Positions 16,756 to 26,814 of a DNA stretch of 46,041 bases are shown piece after piece. Source of the stretch: Candidatus Iainarchaeum sp. (lineage in GTDB: Archaea > Iainarchaeota > Iainarchaeia > Iainarchaeales > GW2011-AR10); assembly GCA_016198165.1 (NCBI GenBank), contig JACQJF010000039.1, forward strand, positions 1 to 46,041, in the 5' to 3' direction. Below the pieces are notes generated by a model. The model did no database searches, was not told the DNA's origin, and saw only the letters and a program-made list of their open reading frames with translations. The translations under genes were made by a program, and so were the position numbers. Every line of letters starts with the position of its first letter. Position 1 is the first letter of the stretch.

Positions 16756-18603
16756 ATGAAGAATTTGTTTTTCCTCTTTTTACTGTCATTTGTTTTTTTT
16801 GGTTGCATAACCGATTCCGCTTTTACAGGACAGGGCTTGGCTCCAACCAGGAACCTTGCTCCGTCTGCCCAGCCTGATAGCACTCTGGAAAATTATTTGG
16901 TTCCGGCTTTAGAGCCAGTGAACCCGCCACAAGAGCCTGAAACTGAACAAACTGTTTCTGAGGAAGAAAACGTTTTAACTGGTGAATTTGAGGAGCCATT
17001 CAGAATTTCAATAGATGATTTGATAGCAGAGACAGGCTATGTACCGGATCAAACCGGTGGAGAAAGTGAACCCATAAGAAAGCCTAGTACGCCACCACGT
17101 CACTTGTGGAATGCATATGCATTGGAAGGGGTTTCTAATAGTACTTTTACAATGCCGAAAGTCGCTGACTTGGATGGTGATGGTACTAAAGAAATTGTTT
17201 CTGCTTTGATGAGTGCTGATAATACGGGGTATTGTCATGAGGTAATTAAGCAGGGTATTTATACGTGGGATGAACAAGGGCAACTTTTGGAAGGTTTTCC
17301 TGTTTATCTTGAAACACTGAATTACCCCGATAATTGTGGCGGTCTTTCAATCGTAGGAATTGCAGATGTTATCGGCAGCAACAAACTTGAAATTGTGGTT
17401 GCTACTGGGAATGGGTCCATGCCGCGAGGTGGGGTTTATGTCATATCGAACACTGGAAGAGTTATTAGTAAAATCGCCACTAACGTACATTTTTCAGGTG
17501 GTGATATCTGGCACCCTATTTTAGTTAACTTGGATGAGGATGAGAAAAAAGAAATAGTTGCAATAAGACCTCAAAGACCTCTACAAATTAATGGTAAAAT
17601 ATATGCCTGGAATGGAGATGGAACCACTCTTGATGGCTGGCCAGTTTCATTTTTAGGAGAAGATTATGTTTATGATGGGGCAGCAGATGATGTAGATGGT
17701 GATGGGCAAATAGAGCTTTTTTTTCCATCATCGTTTCGTATTGACGATGCTCATTTTGGTGCTCGTCTAAGATCTTACCAGCCAAATGGTACGTTGAACT
17801 GGGTTGTAGATCTTCCCTTTGGGGGGGTTTCTCCGGGGAAAATCATCTTAGCAGATGTAGATCAAGATGGCTCAAAAGAACTGATTATAACGGTGTTCAG
17901 ACAACGTGAGCCAAACGAACATTCTGAAAAGTTAATTGCAATCATTAACTCTGCTGATGGCAGCCTAAAAAATTTTTGGCCGAATCTTAATGGTTATAGC
18001 TATTACGGTAACTTAGCCGTTGGGAATATGGATTCAGACAAAGAGTTAGAAATATTGTATACTGATGTTTACAACATATACGTAGCCGATGCAAATGATG
18101 GCACTCAATTGCCGGGATTTCCAAGGCATTTATGGGATGATGGTTCTTCAGATCCTCCAAATTGGGACATACCTGCAAAAGATTGTGTTGGAAGACCACC
18201 TTATTGCTATGCAACTTCTATAGGAGTTGCTGACCTCATTGGTGATACTAAACAAGAAATATTTACTTTTGCATATAGTTATCTGCCCAGTAATAGACGG
18301 GAGCCAGAGTCTTATTTTATGAGTTTTTTTGCTTTTGACAGCAGTGGTCATACTCTTCCAGGCTTTCCATTTCACTTGAAAAACTATGTTTACGTTCCCG
18401 ATAATGTAGGGTATAGTTGGGGCGAAATAGCTCCTCCAACTTTCACAAATTTAGGTAATGATGGCCTCTCAGACATTGTAACCTCTAAAGGGTTTGGCAG
18501 AATAGAGGCATTCACCATTAACAACACTTATAACGAATCTTTAGCAATTGTTCCGGAATTTGGTGTTGACAGGCAAAATACAAGAACCGTAAAACAGAAT
18601 TAA
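16756..18603 (+). CDS. FG-GAP/VCBS-repeat beta-propeller lipoprotein
   Basis: Lipobox FFGC, repeated Ca-binding motifs ADLDGDGTKEIV, DVDGDGQIEL and DVDQDGSKEL, and G(F/W)P turns. Confidence 0.85.
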   Translation: MKNLFFLFLLSFVFFGCITDSAFTGQGLAPTRNLAPSAQPDSTLENYLVPALEPVNPPQEPETEQTVSEEENVLTGEFEEPFRISIDDLIAETGYVPDQTGGESEPIRKPSTPPRHLWNAYALEGVSNSTFTMPKVADLDGDGTKEIVSALMSADNTGYCHEVIKQGIYTWDEQGQLLEGFPVYLETLNYPDNCGGLSIVGIADVIGSNKLEIVVATGNGSMPRGGVYVISNTGRVISKIATNVHFSGGDIWHPILVNLDEDEKKEIVAIRPQRPLQINGKIYAWNGDGTTLDGWPVSFLGEDYVYDGAADDVDGDGQIELFFPSSFRIDDAHFGARLRSYQPNGTLNWVVDLPFGGVSPGKIILADVDQDGSKELIITVFRQREPNEHSEKLIAIINSADGSLKNFWPNLNGYSYYGNLAVGNMDSDKELEILYTDVYNIYVADANDGTQLPGFPRHLWDDGSSDPPNWDIPAKDCVGRPPYCYATSIGVADLIGDTKQEIFTFAYSYLPSNRREPESYFMSFFAFDSSGHTLPGFPFHLKNYVYVPDNVGYSWGEIAPPTFTNLGNDGLSDIVTSKGFGRIEAFTINNTYNESLAIVPEFGVDRQNTRTVKQN

Positions 18604-18728
18604 GCAACTCTAAGTCAACATTTTTTTCCCCATTAGATTTTTATGCTTCTTTCCAGCTTTCTATTTTCCTGCTTTCTGCGTGCATAAGCGCGGGCTGCCA
18701 AAAAAACTTTTTCAGTCCAAAAGCTTTT

Positions 18729-18746
18729 ATATGTATTTTTACATAT
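18729..18746. promoter_or_regulatory. Palindrome ATATGTA-TTTT-TACATAT over the TATA region of the HEPN-MNT operon
   Basis: Perfect 7-bp arms overlapping TTTTATAT. Confidence 0.45.
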
Positions 18747-18779
18747 GGTTGTATGTATTTTTACTAGTGGTGTTTTTTT

Positions 18780-19280
18780 GTGGAATTTGGCGAAACGGAT
18801 TCAAAGGTTCCAAAATCAGGAATAGCTATGGAAAGAGCCCTAAATGGCTGCATCAAAAGAAAGAGAATCCAGGGCTTCTCCAAAGAGGATGCCAAGACTT
18901 TTTTGGCCAAAGCACATTATCATTTGCAGACAGCAGAGTCTTTTGAATCTGACAGTTTCTTGGACTGGGCAGTAATTGCTTATTATTCCGGCATGTACAT
19001 GGCGGCTAAAGCTTTTACCGCGCATTTTTCTGGCACTGCTGCAAAAGACCATGGCTGCACTATCGCCTTAATGCTCCAGGTTTTGAAGGGAAAAAAGTTT
19101 GCCAAAAAGCTTGGCAGCGCGAGAAAAAAATTTGAGCAGGAGATAGAACTGCTTGGAAAAGTAAGGCAGTACCGGAACAGCGCCTTATACACTGTCACTG
19201 AGGTTAAGGAAAACGACGTGAGAAAAATTGCAAAGAATGCTTTTGAATTCGTGGAAGAGATTGATAAACTGTTGAAGTGA
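18780..19280 (+). CDS. HEPN-domain protein
   Basis: WAVIAYYSGMY..AKA, KDH and R-x4-Y (RNSALY). Adjacent to an MNT gene. Confidence 0.8.
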   Translation: MEFGETDSKVPKSGIAMERALNGCIKRKRIQGFSKEDAKTFLAKAHYHLQTAESFESDSFLDWAVIAYYSGMYMAAKAFTAHFSGTAAKDHGCTIALMLQVLKGKKFAKKLGSARKKFEQEIELLGKVRQYRNSALYTVTEVKENDVRKIAKNAFEFVEEIDKLLK

Positions 19281-19900
19281 GCGAAAAAATGCTGTTGCAA
19301 AAGTCAAGACAAAGGGTTCTTTCTGCAATTCTCCGGAACCCAGGCATACATGTAAATGGGCTGATAAGGCTGGTGGGTTCGCTTAGAGGTATCAAGGGAA
19401 TTTTGGATGAACTTGAGAAAGCCGGGTTGATTTATTCAAAGCACGTTGGAAACATAAGGCAGATTTTTCCATTGCTTGGCAGCTCTTTCAGCGTTTCAAC
19501 TTTTGAATTGGTTGAAGAACAGGAAAAACAGGGTGTCATGTCAAAGTTTTCAATAGCTAAAAGTCTTGTCGGGCGTATTGATTTATTCAAAAAGATTTTT
19601 GGCCAAGAACTTGTTTCCATTGCGCTTTTTGGTTCAATAGCGAGGGGGCATTTAACTGAAACATCCGACATAGATATATTGTTCATTGTCAAAAAGGAAA
19701 AAACAGTGCAAAAAAACAAATTGGTCAAATTGTTTCAGACAATCAGCCTCAACACTGGCCGGGAAATAAACCCCGTAATAATTGAAGAAGGCGAGTTCAA
19801 AAAACAGTTGACCAAAGACAGTTCTTTTGCAAGGCAGGTGCAAAAAGAAAGGATAATACTGTGCAATCCAAAGGAATTCCTGTCACTGCAAAACATTTGA
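19277..19900 (+). CDS. HTH + minimal nucleotidyltransferase (MntA-like)
   Basis: LFGSIARG...SDIDIL motif with an N-terminal wHTH. Confidence 0.88.
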   Translation: MSEKMLLQKSRQRVLSAILRNPGIHVNGLIRLVGSLRGIKGILDELEKAGLIYSKHVGNIRQIFPLLGSSFSVSTFELVEEQEKQGVMSKFSIAKSLVGRIDLFKKIFGQELVSIALFGSIARGHLTETSDIDILFIVKKEKTVQKNKLVKLFQTISLNTGREINPVIIEEGEFKKQLTKDSSFARQVQKERIILCNPKEFLSLQNI

Positions 19901-19972
19901 AGGTTTGCCTTATTCGGGCTTTTTTTTAGCCTGCATACTTTTTTATACTTCCTTCCCGCTTATCTATTTCCA

Positions 19973-20959
19973 ATGCTTTTGCTTGAAAAAAACGGCGTGT
20001 GCCTGAGTGCCGGCAGAGAAATTTTCGTTGACGCCACAGGTGTGCAGGAGCAAAATGTCCTGGTTACGCACGCGCACTCCGACCACTGCAGGCTGACTTC
20101 TTCAAACAGTTATTTCATGACGCCAGAGACACTTGCACTTGCGTCGCCGAAAAAAAACGTCAACGTACAGGTAAAAGAGTTCGGGGAAAAATTCATGGTG
20201 AACGGCTTTGACGTTTCAATGCACCCGTCAGGCCACATTCTTGGCTCTGCACAGCTTGCCATTGCAAACGGAGTTGAAGCAGTAATAACTTCTGACTTCA
20301 AGTTACAGGAAAGCCTTTTGCTCAAGCCCGCAGAGATTTTGCCGTGCGAGGTCCTGCTCATTGAAACCACTTTTGGCCTGAGGGAATTTTCTTTTCCACC
20401 CCGCGAAGAAGTTTACACAGAAATGGCGAAATGGGCAAAGGAAAAAATTGCCAGCGGTGCTTTTGTAGTCCTTGCTGGCTATGCCACGGGAAAAGCCCAG
20501 GAGCTCACGCGCTTTTCCAACGACTACTTATCAACCGCGCCTCTTGTGCATTCAAGCGTGTTTGAAAAAAACATGTTGGCAAAAAAAGCGGGTGCAAGGC
20601 TTGGGGATTTTGTCGAACTTGACCATAACTTGGGTGACTCGAGCGTTTTGATAATCCCGCCAAGCCTTTTGAACAATTTTCTTTTAGAGGCGCTGTCCAT
20701 GCAGCTTGGGAAAAAAGTGGAGTGCGCGGTTGCAACTGGGTGGAAACGCAGCCGTTTCAAGACTTTTCCGCTTTCAGACCACGCGGACTTTAACCAGTTA
20801 TGCGAGTACGTGAAAAACGCACAGCCAAAGCTCGTGCTCACGCATCATGGTTTTGACAGGGAATTCGCCTCCTCGGTCACAAAAGAGTTCGGCATCCCTG
20901 CAAGGCCCCTGAGCGAGGCGGGGCAGAAAACCCTCTCGGAATTCCTAAATCAGGCCTGA
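19973..20959 (+). CDS. Metallo-beta-lactamase/beta-CASP-like exonuclease (COG1236-like)
   Basis: THAHSDH, GHILGS, ETTFG, GKAQE, LSDHADF and THHG motifs. Confidence 0.85.
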   Translation: MLLLEKNGVCLSAGREIFVDATGVQEQNVLVTHAHSDHCRLTSSNSYFMTPETLALASPKKNVNVQVKEFGEKFMVNGFDVSMHPSGHILGSAQLAIANGVEAVITSDFKLQESLLLKPAEILPCEVLLIETTFGLREFSFPPREEVYTEMAKWAKEKIASGAFVVLAGYATGKAQELTRFSNDYLSTAPLVHSSVFEKNMLAKKAGARLGDFVELDHNLGDSSVLIIPPSLLNNFLLEALSMQLGKKVECAVATGWKRSRFKTFPLSDHADFNQLCEYVKNAQPKLVLTHHGFDREFASSVTKEFGIPARPLSEAGQKTLSEFLNQA

Positions 20960-21001
20960 CCGTTCCATTTTTTATTTTCTTTATATTTTAATTGTCTCTT
21001 A

Positions 21002-22774
21002 ATGGAAAGGACTCATTATTGCGGGAATGTCCGGGCAGTGGACGCGGGAAAGGGCGTGGTTATTTTTGGCTGGGTTAGCAACAAGCGCGACCACGGGGGC
21101 CTGACCTTCATTGACCTGCGCGACAGGGCTGGTTTTGTCCAGGTCGTGTTTAACGGCGAGAAAAACCACTCAATCCACGGGCAGGCCAAGGGGCTTTCGG
21201 CCGAAGACGTGATTTGCGTCCACGGCTCTGTCCTGAAAAGGCCCAAAGGCACGGAAAACAAGGGCCTGCCCACTGGGGAGGTCGAGGTGGAGGCAAAAAC
21301 ACTTGAACTATTGAACAAGTCGCTTCCTGTGCCCCTTGAGGTCACCGAGCACGTCAATGCAAGCGAGGAAACAAGGCTCAAGTACCGTTTTTTGGACCTG
21401 CGAAGGCATTCAATGCAGGAAAAACTCCTGCTCCGGCACAAGCTAACAAAGGTCGTACGGGACTATTTTGACTCGCACGGCTTTTTGGAGATAGAGACCC
21501 CGATTCTTGCCAAGTCAACTCCTGAAGGGGCGCGCGATTACCTTGTCCCAAGCAGGGTTAACCCGGGCAGGTTTTTTGCCCTCCCCCAGAGCCCCCAGTT
21601 ATTCAAGCAACTCTTAATGGTTTCAGGCTGCGACCGGTACTTCCAGATAGCGCGGTGTTTCCGCGACGAGGACCTGCGCGCCGACCGCCAGCCGGAATTC
21701 ACCCAGATTGACGTTGAAATGAGTTTTATTTCCGAGGAAGACATTTTTGAAATCGTCGAGGGCCTCGTGAAAGAAATTTTTTCAAAGACAATCAACGTTC
21801 AGCTCAAACAGCCGTTTCCGCGGATGTCTTATGACGAGGCAATGGAGCGCTTTGGAGTTGACGCCCCAGACACGCGCTATGGCCTTGAGCTTGTGGATGT
21901 TTCAAAAGAAGTTGAAAATTCCGATTTCAATGTTTTCAAGGACTGCCTCAAGTCCGGTGGCATGGTCAAGTCAATCAACCTCAAGTCGTGCGGCGGTTTT
22001 TCGAAAAAAGAAATCGAGGAACTGACCGAGTTTGTGAAAATCTACAAGGCAAAGGGCCTTGCATGGCTCGTGCATTCAAAGCAGGGCTTTGACGGCCCCG
22101 TTAAAAAGTTTTTTCCCAAAAAAACCCTTGACTTGCTTGCAAAAAAACTCGGCGCAGGCGAAAACGATTTATTGGTTTTTGTCGCAGACAAGCCTTCAAT
22201 TGTAAATCCTGCGTTGGGGTATCTGCGCAAGCACGTGGCAAAAAAAACCGGGCTTGTGAAAGAAAACGTTTTCAACTTTGTCTGGGTGTACGAGTTCCCA
22301 CTTTTGTTTTTCAATGAAGAAGAAAACCGCCTTGAGTCAATGCACCATCCTTTCACTTCTCCAAAACCAGAACACGTTCCACTCCTGGAAAAGGAGCCAT
22401 TGAAAGTTCGGGCGCGCGCATATGACCTCGTGCTCAACGGCATTGAATTGGGGGGCGGGAGCATCAGGATACACTCAACGGAACTTCAGCAGAAAATGTT
22501 TGACGTGCTTGGAATTTCCAGGCCGGAAGCCGAGGCGCGCTTTGGTTTTTTCCTCGAAGCACTAAAATACGGTACTCCGCCGCATGGTGGAATCGCGTTT
22601 GGCCTGGATCGGATTGCAATGCTCCTTGCAGGCGCTGACTCTATCCGCGAGGTCATTGCTTTTCCAAAGAACAAGTCAGCGGTTTCGCTCATGGATGGCG
22701 CGCCAAGCGAGGTTTCAGAAAAACAGCTTCGCGAACTTCGTATAAAGCTTGATTTTTCACAGAAAAAGGGGTGA
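21002..22774 (+). CDS. aspS: Aspartyl-tRNA synthetase, bacterial-type with GAD insert, non-discriminating signature
   Basis: RTHYCG, RDHGG, STPEGARDYLVPSR, PQSPQLFKQ, FRDEDLRADRQPEFTQ and PPHGGIAFGLDR motifs in a 590-aa protein. Confidence 0.97.
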   Translation: MERTHYCGNVRAVDAGKGVVIFGWVSNKRDHGGLTFIDLRDRAGFVQVVFNGEKNHSIHGQAKGLSAEDVICVHGSVLKRPKGTENKGLPTGEVEVEAKTLELLNKSLPVPLEVTEHVNASEETRLKYRFLDLRRHSMQEKLLLRHKLTKVVRDYFDSHGFLEIETPILAKSTPEGARDYLVPSRVNPGRFFALPQSPQLFKQLLMVSGCDRYFQIARCFRDEDLRADRQPEFTQIDVEMSFISEEDIFEIVEGLVKEIFSKTINVQLKQPFPRMSYDEAMERFGVDAPDTRYGLELVDVSKEVENSDFNVFKDCLKSGGMVKSINLKSCGGFSKKEIEELTEFVKIYKAKGLAWLVHSKQGFDGPVKKFFPKKTLDLLAKKLGAGENDLLVFVADKPSIVNPALGYLRKHVAKKTGLVKENVFNFVWVYEFPLLFFNEEENRLESMHHPFTSPKPEHVPLLEKEPLKVRARAYDLVLNGIELGGGSIRIHSTELQQKMFDVLGISRPEAEARFGFFLEALKYGTPPHGGIAFGLDRIAMLLAGADSIREVIAFPKNKSAVSLMDGAPSEVSEKQLRELRIKLDFSQKKG

Positions 22775-22783
22775 AATTTTTTT

Positions 22784-23077
22784 TTGGAAGAAAAAGTGTC
22801 GCGGGAATTGCTCCAAAAAGTCGCAAAAAATGCACGCCTCAGGCTCTCGGATGCAGAACTGCAAAAGCTTCTTCCGCAGTTTTCCGAAATGCTTGAAACG
22901 TTCAGGAAAATCTCCGAGCTTGACGTGAAAGGCACTGAGCCTGCACTCCACCCCGTTGAAATGAAAAACATTTTCCGCGAAGACAAAGTCGGAGAATGCC
23001 TGCCACAGGACAAGGCTTTTGCAAACACTGTGCACAAAAAGAATGGTTACTTCAAAGGCCCGCGGGTGGTGCAGTGA
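22784..23077 (+). CDS. gatC: Asp/Glu-tRNA amidotransferase subunit C
   Basis: VAKNARLRL, FREDKV and GYFKGPRV motifs. Confidence 0.9.
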   Translation: MEEKVSRELLQKVAKNARLRLSDAELQKLLPQFSEMLETFRKISELDVKGTEPALHPVEMKNIFREDKVGECLPQDKAFANTVHKKNGYFKGPRVVQ

Positions 23078-24522
23078 AAGCCATTCCTGTGCATGAACTC
23101 CGTGAAAAAATTTTGAGCGGAGAAACCACCTGCGAAGAACAATGCCATGCGCTGCTTGAGGAAATAAACAGGGCAAACAAAAAGTTCCACCACTTCTGCA
23201 TGGTTTCAGAAAAAATTGCGCTTGCACAGGCGCGTGAACTTGACAAAAAAGTGAAGAAGGGCTTTCGCGGCAAACTCTTGGGCGCGGGTCTGTCAGTCAA
23301 GGATTCAATCTGCGTTGAAGGCGTTGAGACGCGCGCAGGAAGCAAAGTCCTGTCCGGTTACATTCCGCCAAGCAGTGCGACAGTTGTCCAGCGGGCACTT
23401 GGCGAAGGCGCTTTTGTCCTTGGCAAGACCAGCCAGGACGAGTTTGGCTTTGGCTCCTACAGCGTGAACGTCGGAGTGGGTTTTGAAGTTCCACGCAATC
23501 CTTTTGACGAAGGCCGCGCATGCGGCGGCTCAAGCGGTGGGAGCGCGGGCTTTACTTCGCTCACAAAATTTACGCAAGTTTCATTTGGGGAGAGCACGGG
23601 TGGAAGCATTGCATGCCCTGCGAGCTTTTGCGGCAGCGTAGGCCTCACCCCGACTTATGGCAGGCTCAGCCGCCATGGTTTGATTGATTATGGCAACAGC
23701 CTGGACAAAATCGGGCCAATGGCAAAAACCGTTTCCGAGGCAGCATTGCTTTTGGGTGTATCCGCGGGCGCGGACCAGAAGGACTCGACGTGCGTGGACA
23801 AAAAAACCGATTCATTTGAATCGTTTGCAGGCAAAAGCATGAAGGGAAAGACAATCGGCATAGTAAAGGATTTTACCGGGGACGACCTTGACAAGGGAGT
23901 TGCATCCGTTTTTTTCGACACAATCTCTTTTCTCGAAAAAGAGGGAGTGAAAACAAAGGAAGTTTCCCTTTCCATGAACAAAAAATTCGCCATTCCGGCA
24001 TATTACCTACTTTCAACGCCTGAGGCATCCACAAACCTCGCGCGCTACTGCGGCATGCGCTACGGCCTGTCAAATGATTTTTCAGGCAAGAGCTTTGACG
24101 GGTATTTCTCCGAGATACGGAGCAAGGGCTTTGGAATGGAGGCAAAAAGAAGGCTCATGCTCGGCACGTTTGCGCGCATGAGCGGTTTTCGCGACGCGTA
24201 TTATCTGCGCGCATTGAAAGTGCGCAGAAAACTCCTTGGTGAATTCAAGGGGCTTTTCAACAAAGTCGACTTCGTGGTTCACCCTACAATGCCTTTCGTG
24301 GCCCCGACTTTTTCCGAGATTGAAAAACTCACGCCGCTAGAGCATTATTTCGCGGACATTTTCCTCACGCCGTCAAACCTCGGCGGGTTCCCGCACATAT
24401 CCGTGAACGCGGGTTTCCACAAAGGCATGCCCGTGGGGTTCATGTTCACCGCAGACCATTTCGAGGAGCCAATGCTAGTAAGTGCCGGTTCCATGGTTGA
24501 GGGGTTGGCGAAAAATGCTTGA
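23074..24522 (+). CDS. gatA: Asp/Glu-tRNA amidotransferase subunit A
   Basis: Amidase signature (VKD, GGSSGGS, ESTGGSI, NLARY, EAKRR). Start placed at the GTG overlapping the gatC stop. Confidence 0.93.
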   Translation: MKAIPVHELREKILSGETTCEEQCHALLEEINRANKKFHHFCMVSEKIALAQARELDKKVKKGFRGKLLGAGLSVKDSICVEGVETRAGSKVLSGYIPPSSATVVQRALGEGAFVLGKTSQDEFGFGSYSVNVGVGFEVPRNPFDEGRACGGSSGGSAGFTSLTKFTQVSFGESTGGSIACPASFCGSVGLTPTYGRLSRHGLIDYGNSLDKIGPMAKTVSEAALLLGVSAGADQKDSTCVDKKTDSFESFAGKSMKGKTIGIVKDFTGDDLDKGVASVFFDTISFLEKEGVKTKEVSLSMNKKFAIPAYYLLSTPEASTNLARYCGMRYGLSNDFSGKSFDGYFSEIRSKGFGMEAKRRLMLGTFARMSGFRDAYYLRALKVRRKLLGEFKGLFNKVDFVVHPTMPFVAPTFSEIEKLTPLEHYFADIFLTPSNLGGFPHISVNAGFHKGMPVGFMFTADHFEEPMLVSAGSMVEGLAKNA

Positions 24523-25291
24523 AAAGGAATTCAGAGCCGCGTCAAAGGCATCCGCAGAGGCGGGGAAAATAATGCTCAAATATTTCCGCAAAGATTTTTT
24601 CGTGAAAAAAAAAGGCAGGATAGACATCGTGACCCAGGCTGACCTTGAAAGCGAGAAAAAAATCCACGAAATTATTTCCAAGAGCTTTCCGCGCGATTCT
24701 TTTTTGGAGGAAGAGAGCGGAAAAAGCGGTTCCGGGGAGGGGCGAGTGTGGGTTGTCGACCCGATTGACGGGACCATTAATTTCGCGCATGGCGTGCCAT
24801 GGTTCTGCTCCTCAATCGCTCTTGTCGTTGAAGGAAAGCCTGTTTTGGGTGCCGCGTTCAACCCGGTGACAAATGACTTTTTCCACGCCGTGAAAGGCAA
24901 AGGCGCTTTTTGGAACAATGAACAAATCAGTGTCTCAAAAAACACGGAGCTCATTGAGTGCGTGCTTGCAACCGGTTTTCCGTATGAGCGCGGGGAACTT
25001 GCAAGAAAAACGATTGCAGGCATTTCGAGCCTGATTGGGGGGACGCAGGGAATCAGGCAATGCGGTTCCGCCGTCCTGGACATGTGCCTTGTCGCAGCCG
25101 GCAGTTTTGACGGTTATTTTGAGCACAAGCTTTTTCCCTGGGACGCCGCGGCAGCGATTCTGATAGTGGCTGAGGCAGGCGGGGTAGTCACGGATTTTTC
25201 CGGCAAAAAAGCCACTCCGTTTAGCGAAGCGTTCGTGGCGTCAAACGGCCTGATTCACGGAAAACTGTTGGAACACCTGGTGAAGCCATGA
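24515..25291 (+). CDS. suhB: Inositol monophosphatase family protein
   Basis: EE, WVVDPIDGTINF and WDAAA motifs. Start at ATG 24515. Confidence 0.9.
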   Translation: MLEKEFRAASKASAEAGKIMLKYFRKDFFVKKKGRIDIVTQADLESEKKIHEIISKSFPRDSFLEEESGKSGSGEGRVWVVDPIDGTINFAHGVPWFCSSIALVVEGKPVLGAAFNPVTNDFFHAVKGKGAFWNNEQISVSKNTELIECVLATGFPYERGELARKTIAGISSLIGGTQGIRQCGSAVLDMCLVAAGSFDGYFEHKLFPWDAAAAILIVAEAGGVVTDFSGKKATPFSEAFVASNGLIHGKLLEHLVKP

Positions 25292-26697
25292 ACAGCGGGG
25301 GCGCAAGGACAATCATCGGCCTTGAAGTGCACGTGCAGTTAAACACCGCTTCAAAGCTATTCTGCCCCTGCCCCACAGATGCAAGTGGGCCAAACACTGC
25401 AGTATGCGGGACCTGCCTTGGCCTGCCCGGAAGCAAGCCCTTTCTCAACCAAAAGGCAGTGGAAATGGCCGTGCGAGTGGCCCTTGCACTCAACTGCAGG
25501 CTCAACGCGGAGTTTTTTTTCTCGAGGAAAACATATTTTTACCCCGACCTGGCAAAGAACTACCAGATTACGCAGTTTGAAAAACCCGTCGGGGAAAACG
25601 GGTTTGTGGCCCTTTCAAGCGGAAAAAAAATCAGGATACGCCGCCTGCAGCTTGAAGAAGACCCAGCATCCCTGGTGCACGAGGGGAGTGCACAGTCGAG
25701 TTCCTTTTCCCTCGTGGATTATAACCGCTCCGGGATTCCCCTTGTCGAGATAGTCACAATGCCTGACATGGACGGGCCGAAAGAGGCGCGCGAGTTCCTA
25801 AACGCGCTTACAGTCACGCTGGATTACCTTGGGGTTTTTGTGCACGGGAAAAACGCGCTCAAGGCGGATGCAAACATTTCAATCGAGGGAAACAACCGTG
25901 TCGAAGTGAAAAACGTCACTGGTTTTCGGGCGGTTGAAACCGCGCTGCTTTCAGAAGATGAAAGGCAGAGAAAAATCATTGCCATGGGGGAAAAAGTCGC
26001 GAGGGAAACGCGCGGCTTTGACGAAAAAACAGGCTCTACTTTCTCCATGCGCGAAAAAGAGGCCGAGGAAGACTACGGATACATTTTCGAACCCGACATC
26101 CCTGTTGTTTCCTTGTCCGAAGAATATATCGCAGGGCTTAAAGAGTCGCTGCCCGAGCTTTTTCCACAAAAAGTCGAAAAATTCAAAAAATTGGGCTTGC
26201 CAGATTATGATGCACGCGTCATTGCGTCCGAGCCCGTGATTGCAGGCATTTTTGAACAGGCCATAAAGCACGTCAAGCCCCAAACAGCCGCGAAGTTTCT
26301 GACGCGCGAAGTCATGGGGATACTCAACTACAACAAAATCACCCCCAGGGAAGCAGGCCTGGAGGAAAAACCCATTGTGGAGCTTTTGAAAATGATTGAG
26401 GGCGGCAGGGTGGGGGAAAAAAACGCCAAGGAAGCGATGATTAAGCTCGTTCTTGAAAAAAAAGACCCCCGGGAGTTCCTCGAGAAGAGCGATTTGCTGC
26501 TTGACCTGGATGAAAAAGAAATATTGAAAGCACTTGAAGAAGTCCTGGCAGAAAACCCCCACGCAGTTGCAGACTTGCGTGCCAGCAAGGCAAAGGCAGT
26601 CAATTTCATTGTAGGCCAGGTTGTGCGCAGGACAAAAGGAAAAGCAAACGCGAAAATCGTGCAGGAAATGCTTGCAAAAAAAATCAAGGGCATTTAA
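25288..26697 (+). CDS. gatB: Asp/Glu-tRNA amidotransferase subunit B
   Basis: IGLEVHVQL, YFYPDL, DYNRSGIPLVEIVT and EVKN motifs, plus a C-terminal Yqey domain. Confidence 0.95.
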   Translation: MNSGGARTIIGLEVHVQLNTASKLFCPCPTDASGPNTAVCGTCLGLPGSKPFLNQKAVEMAVRVALALNCRLNAEFFFSRKTYFYPDLAKNYQITQFEKPVGENGFVALSSGKKIRIRRLQLEEDPASLVHEGSAQSSSFSLVDYNRSGIPLVEIVTMPDMDGPKEAREFLNALTVTLDYLGVFVHGKNALKADANISIEGNNRVEVKNVTGFRAVETALLSEDERQRKIIAMGEKVARETRGFDEKTGSTFSMREKEAEEDYGYIFEPDIPVVSLSEEYIAGLKESLPELFPQKVEKFKKLGLPDYDARVIASEPVIAGIFEQAIKHVKPQTAAKFLTREVMGILNYNKITPREAGLEEKPIVELLKMIEGGRVGEKNAKEAMIKLVLEKKDPREFLEKSDLLLDLDEKEILKALEEVLAENPHAVADLRASKAKAVNFIVGQVVRRTKGKANAKIVQEMLAKKIKGI

Positions 26698-26814
26698 TGT
26701 AGAAAAAAACGGGAATACTTTTTTAAAAGAAACCATTATTCTAGTTATTCAAATCCCCCCAAAAAAATAATATTTTTTGAATTTTTTTTTTCCACAAAAA
26801 CAAAAAATTCAGAG

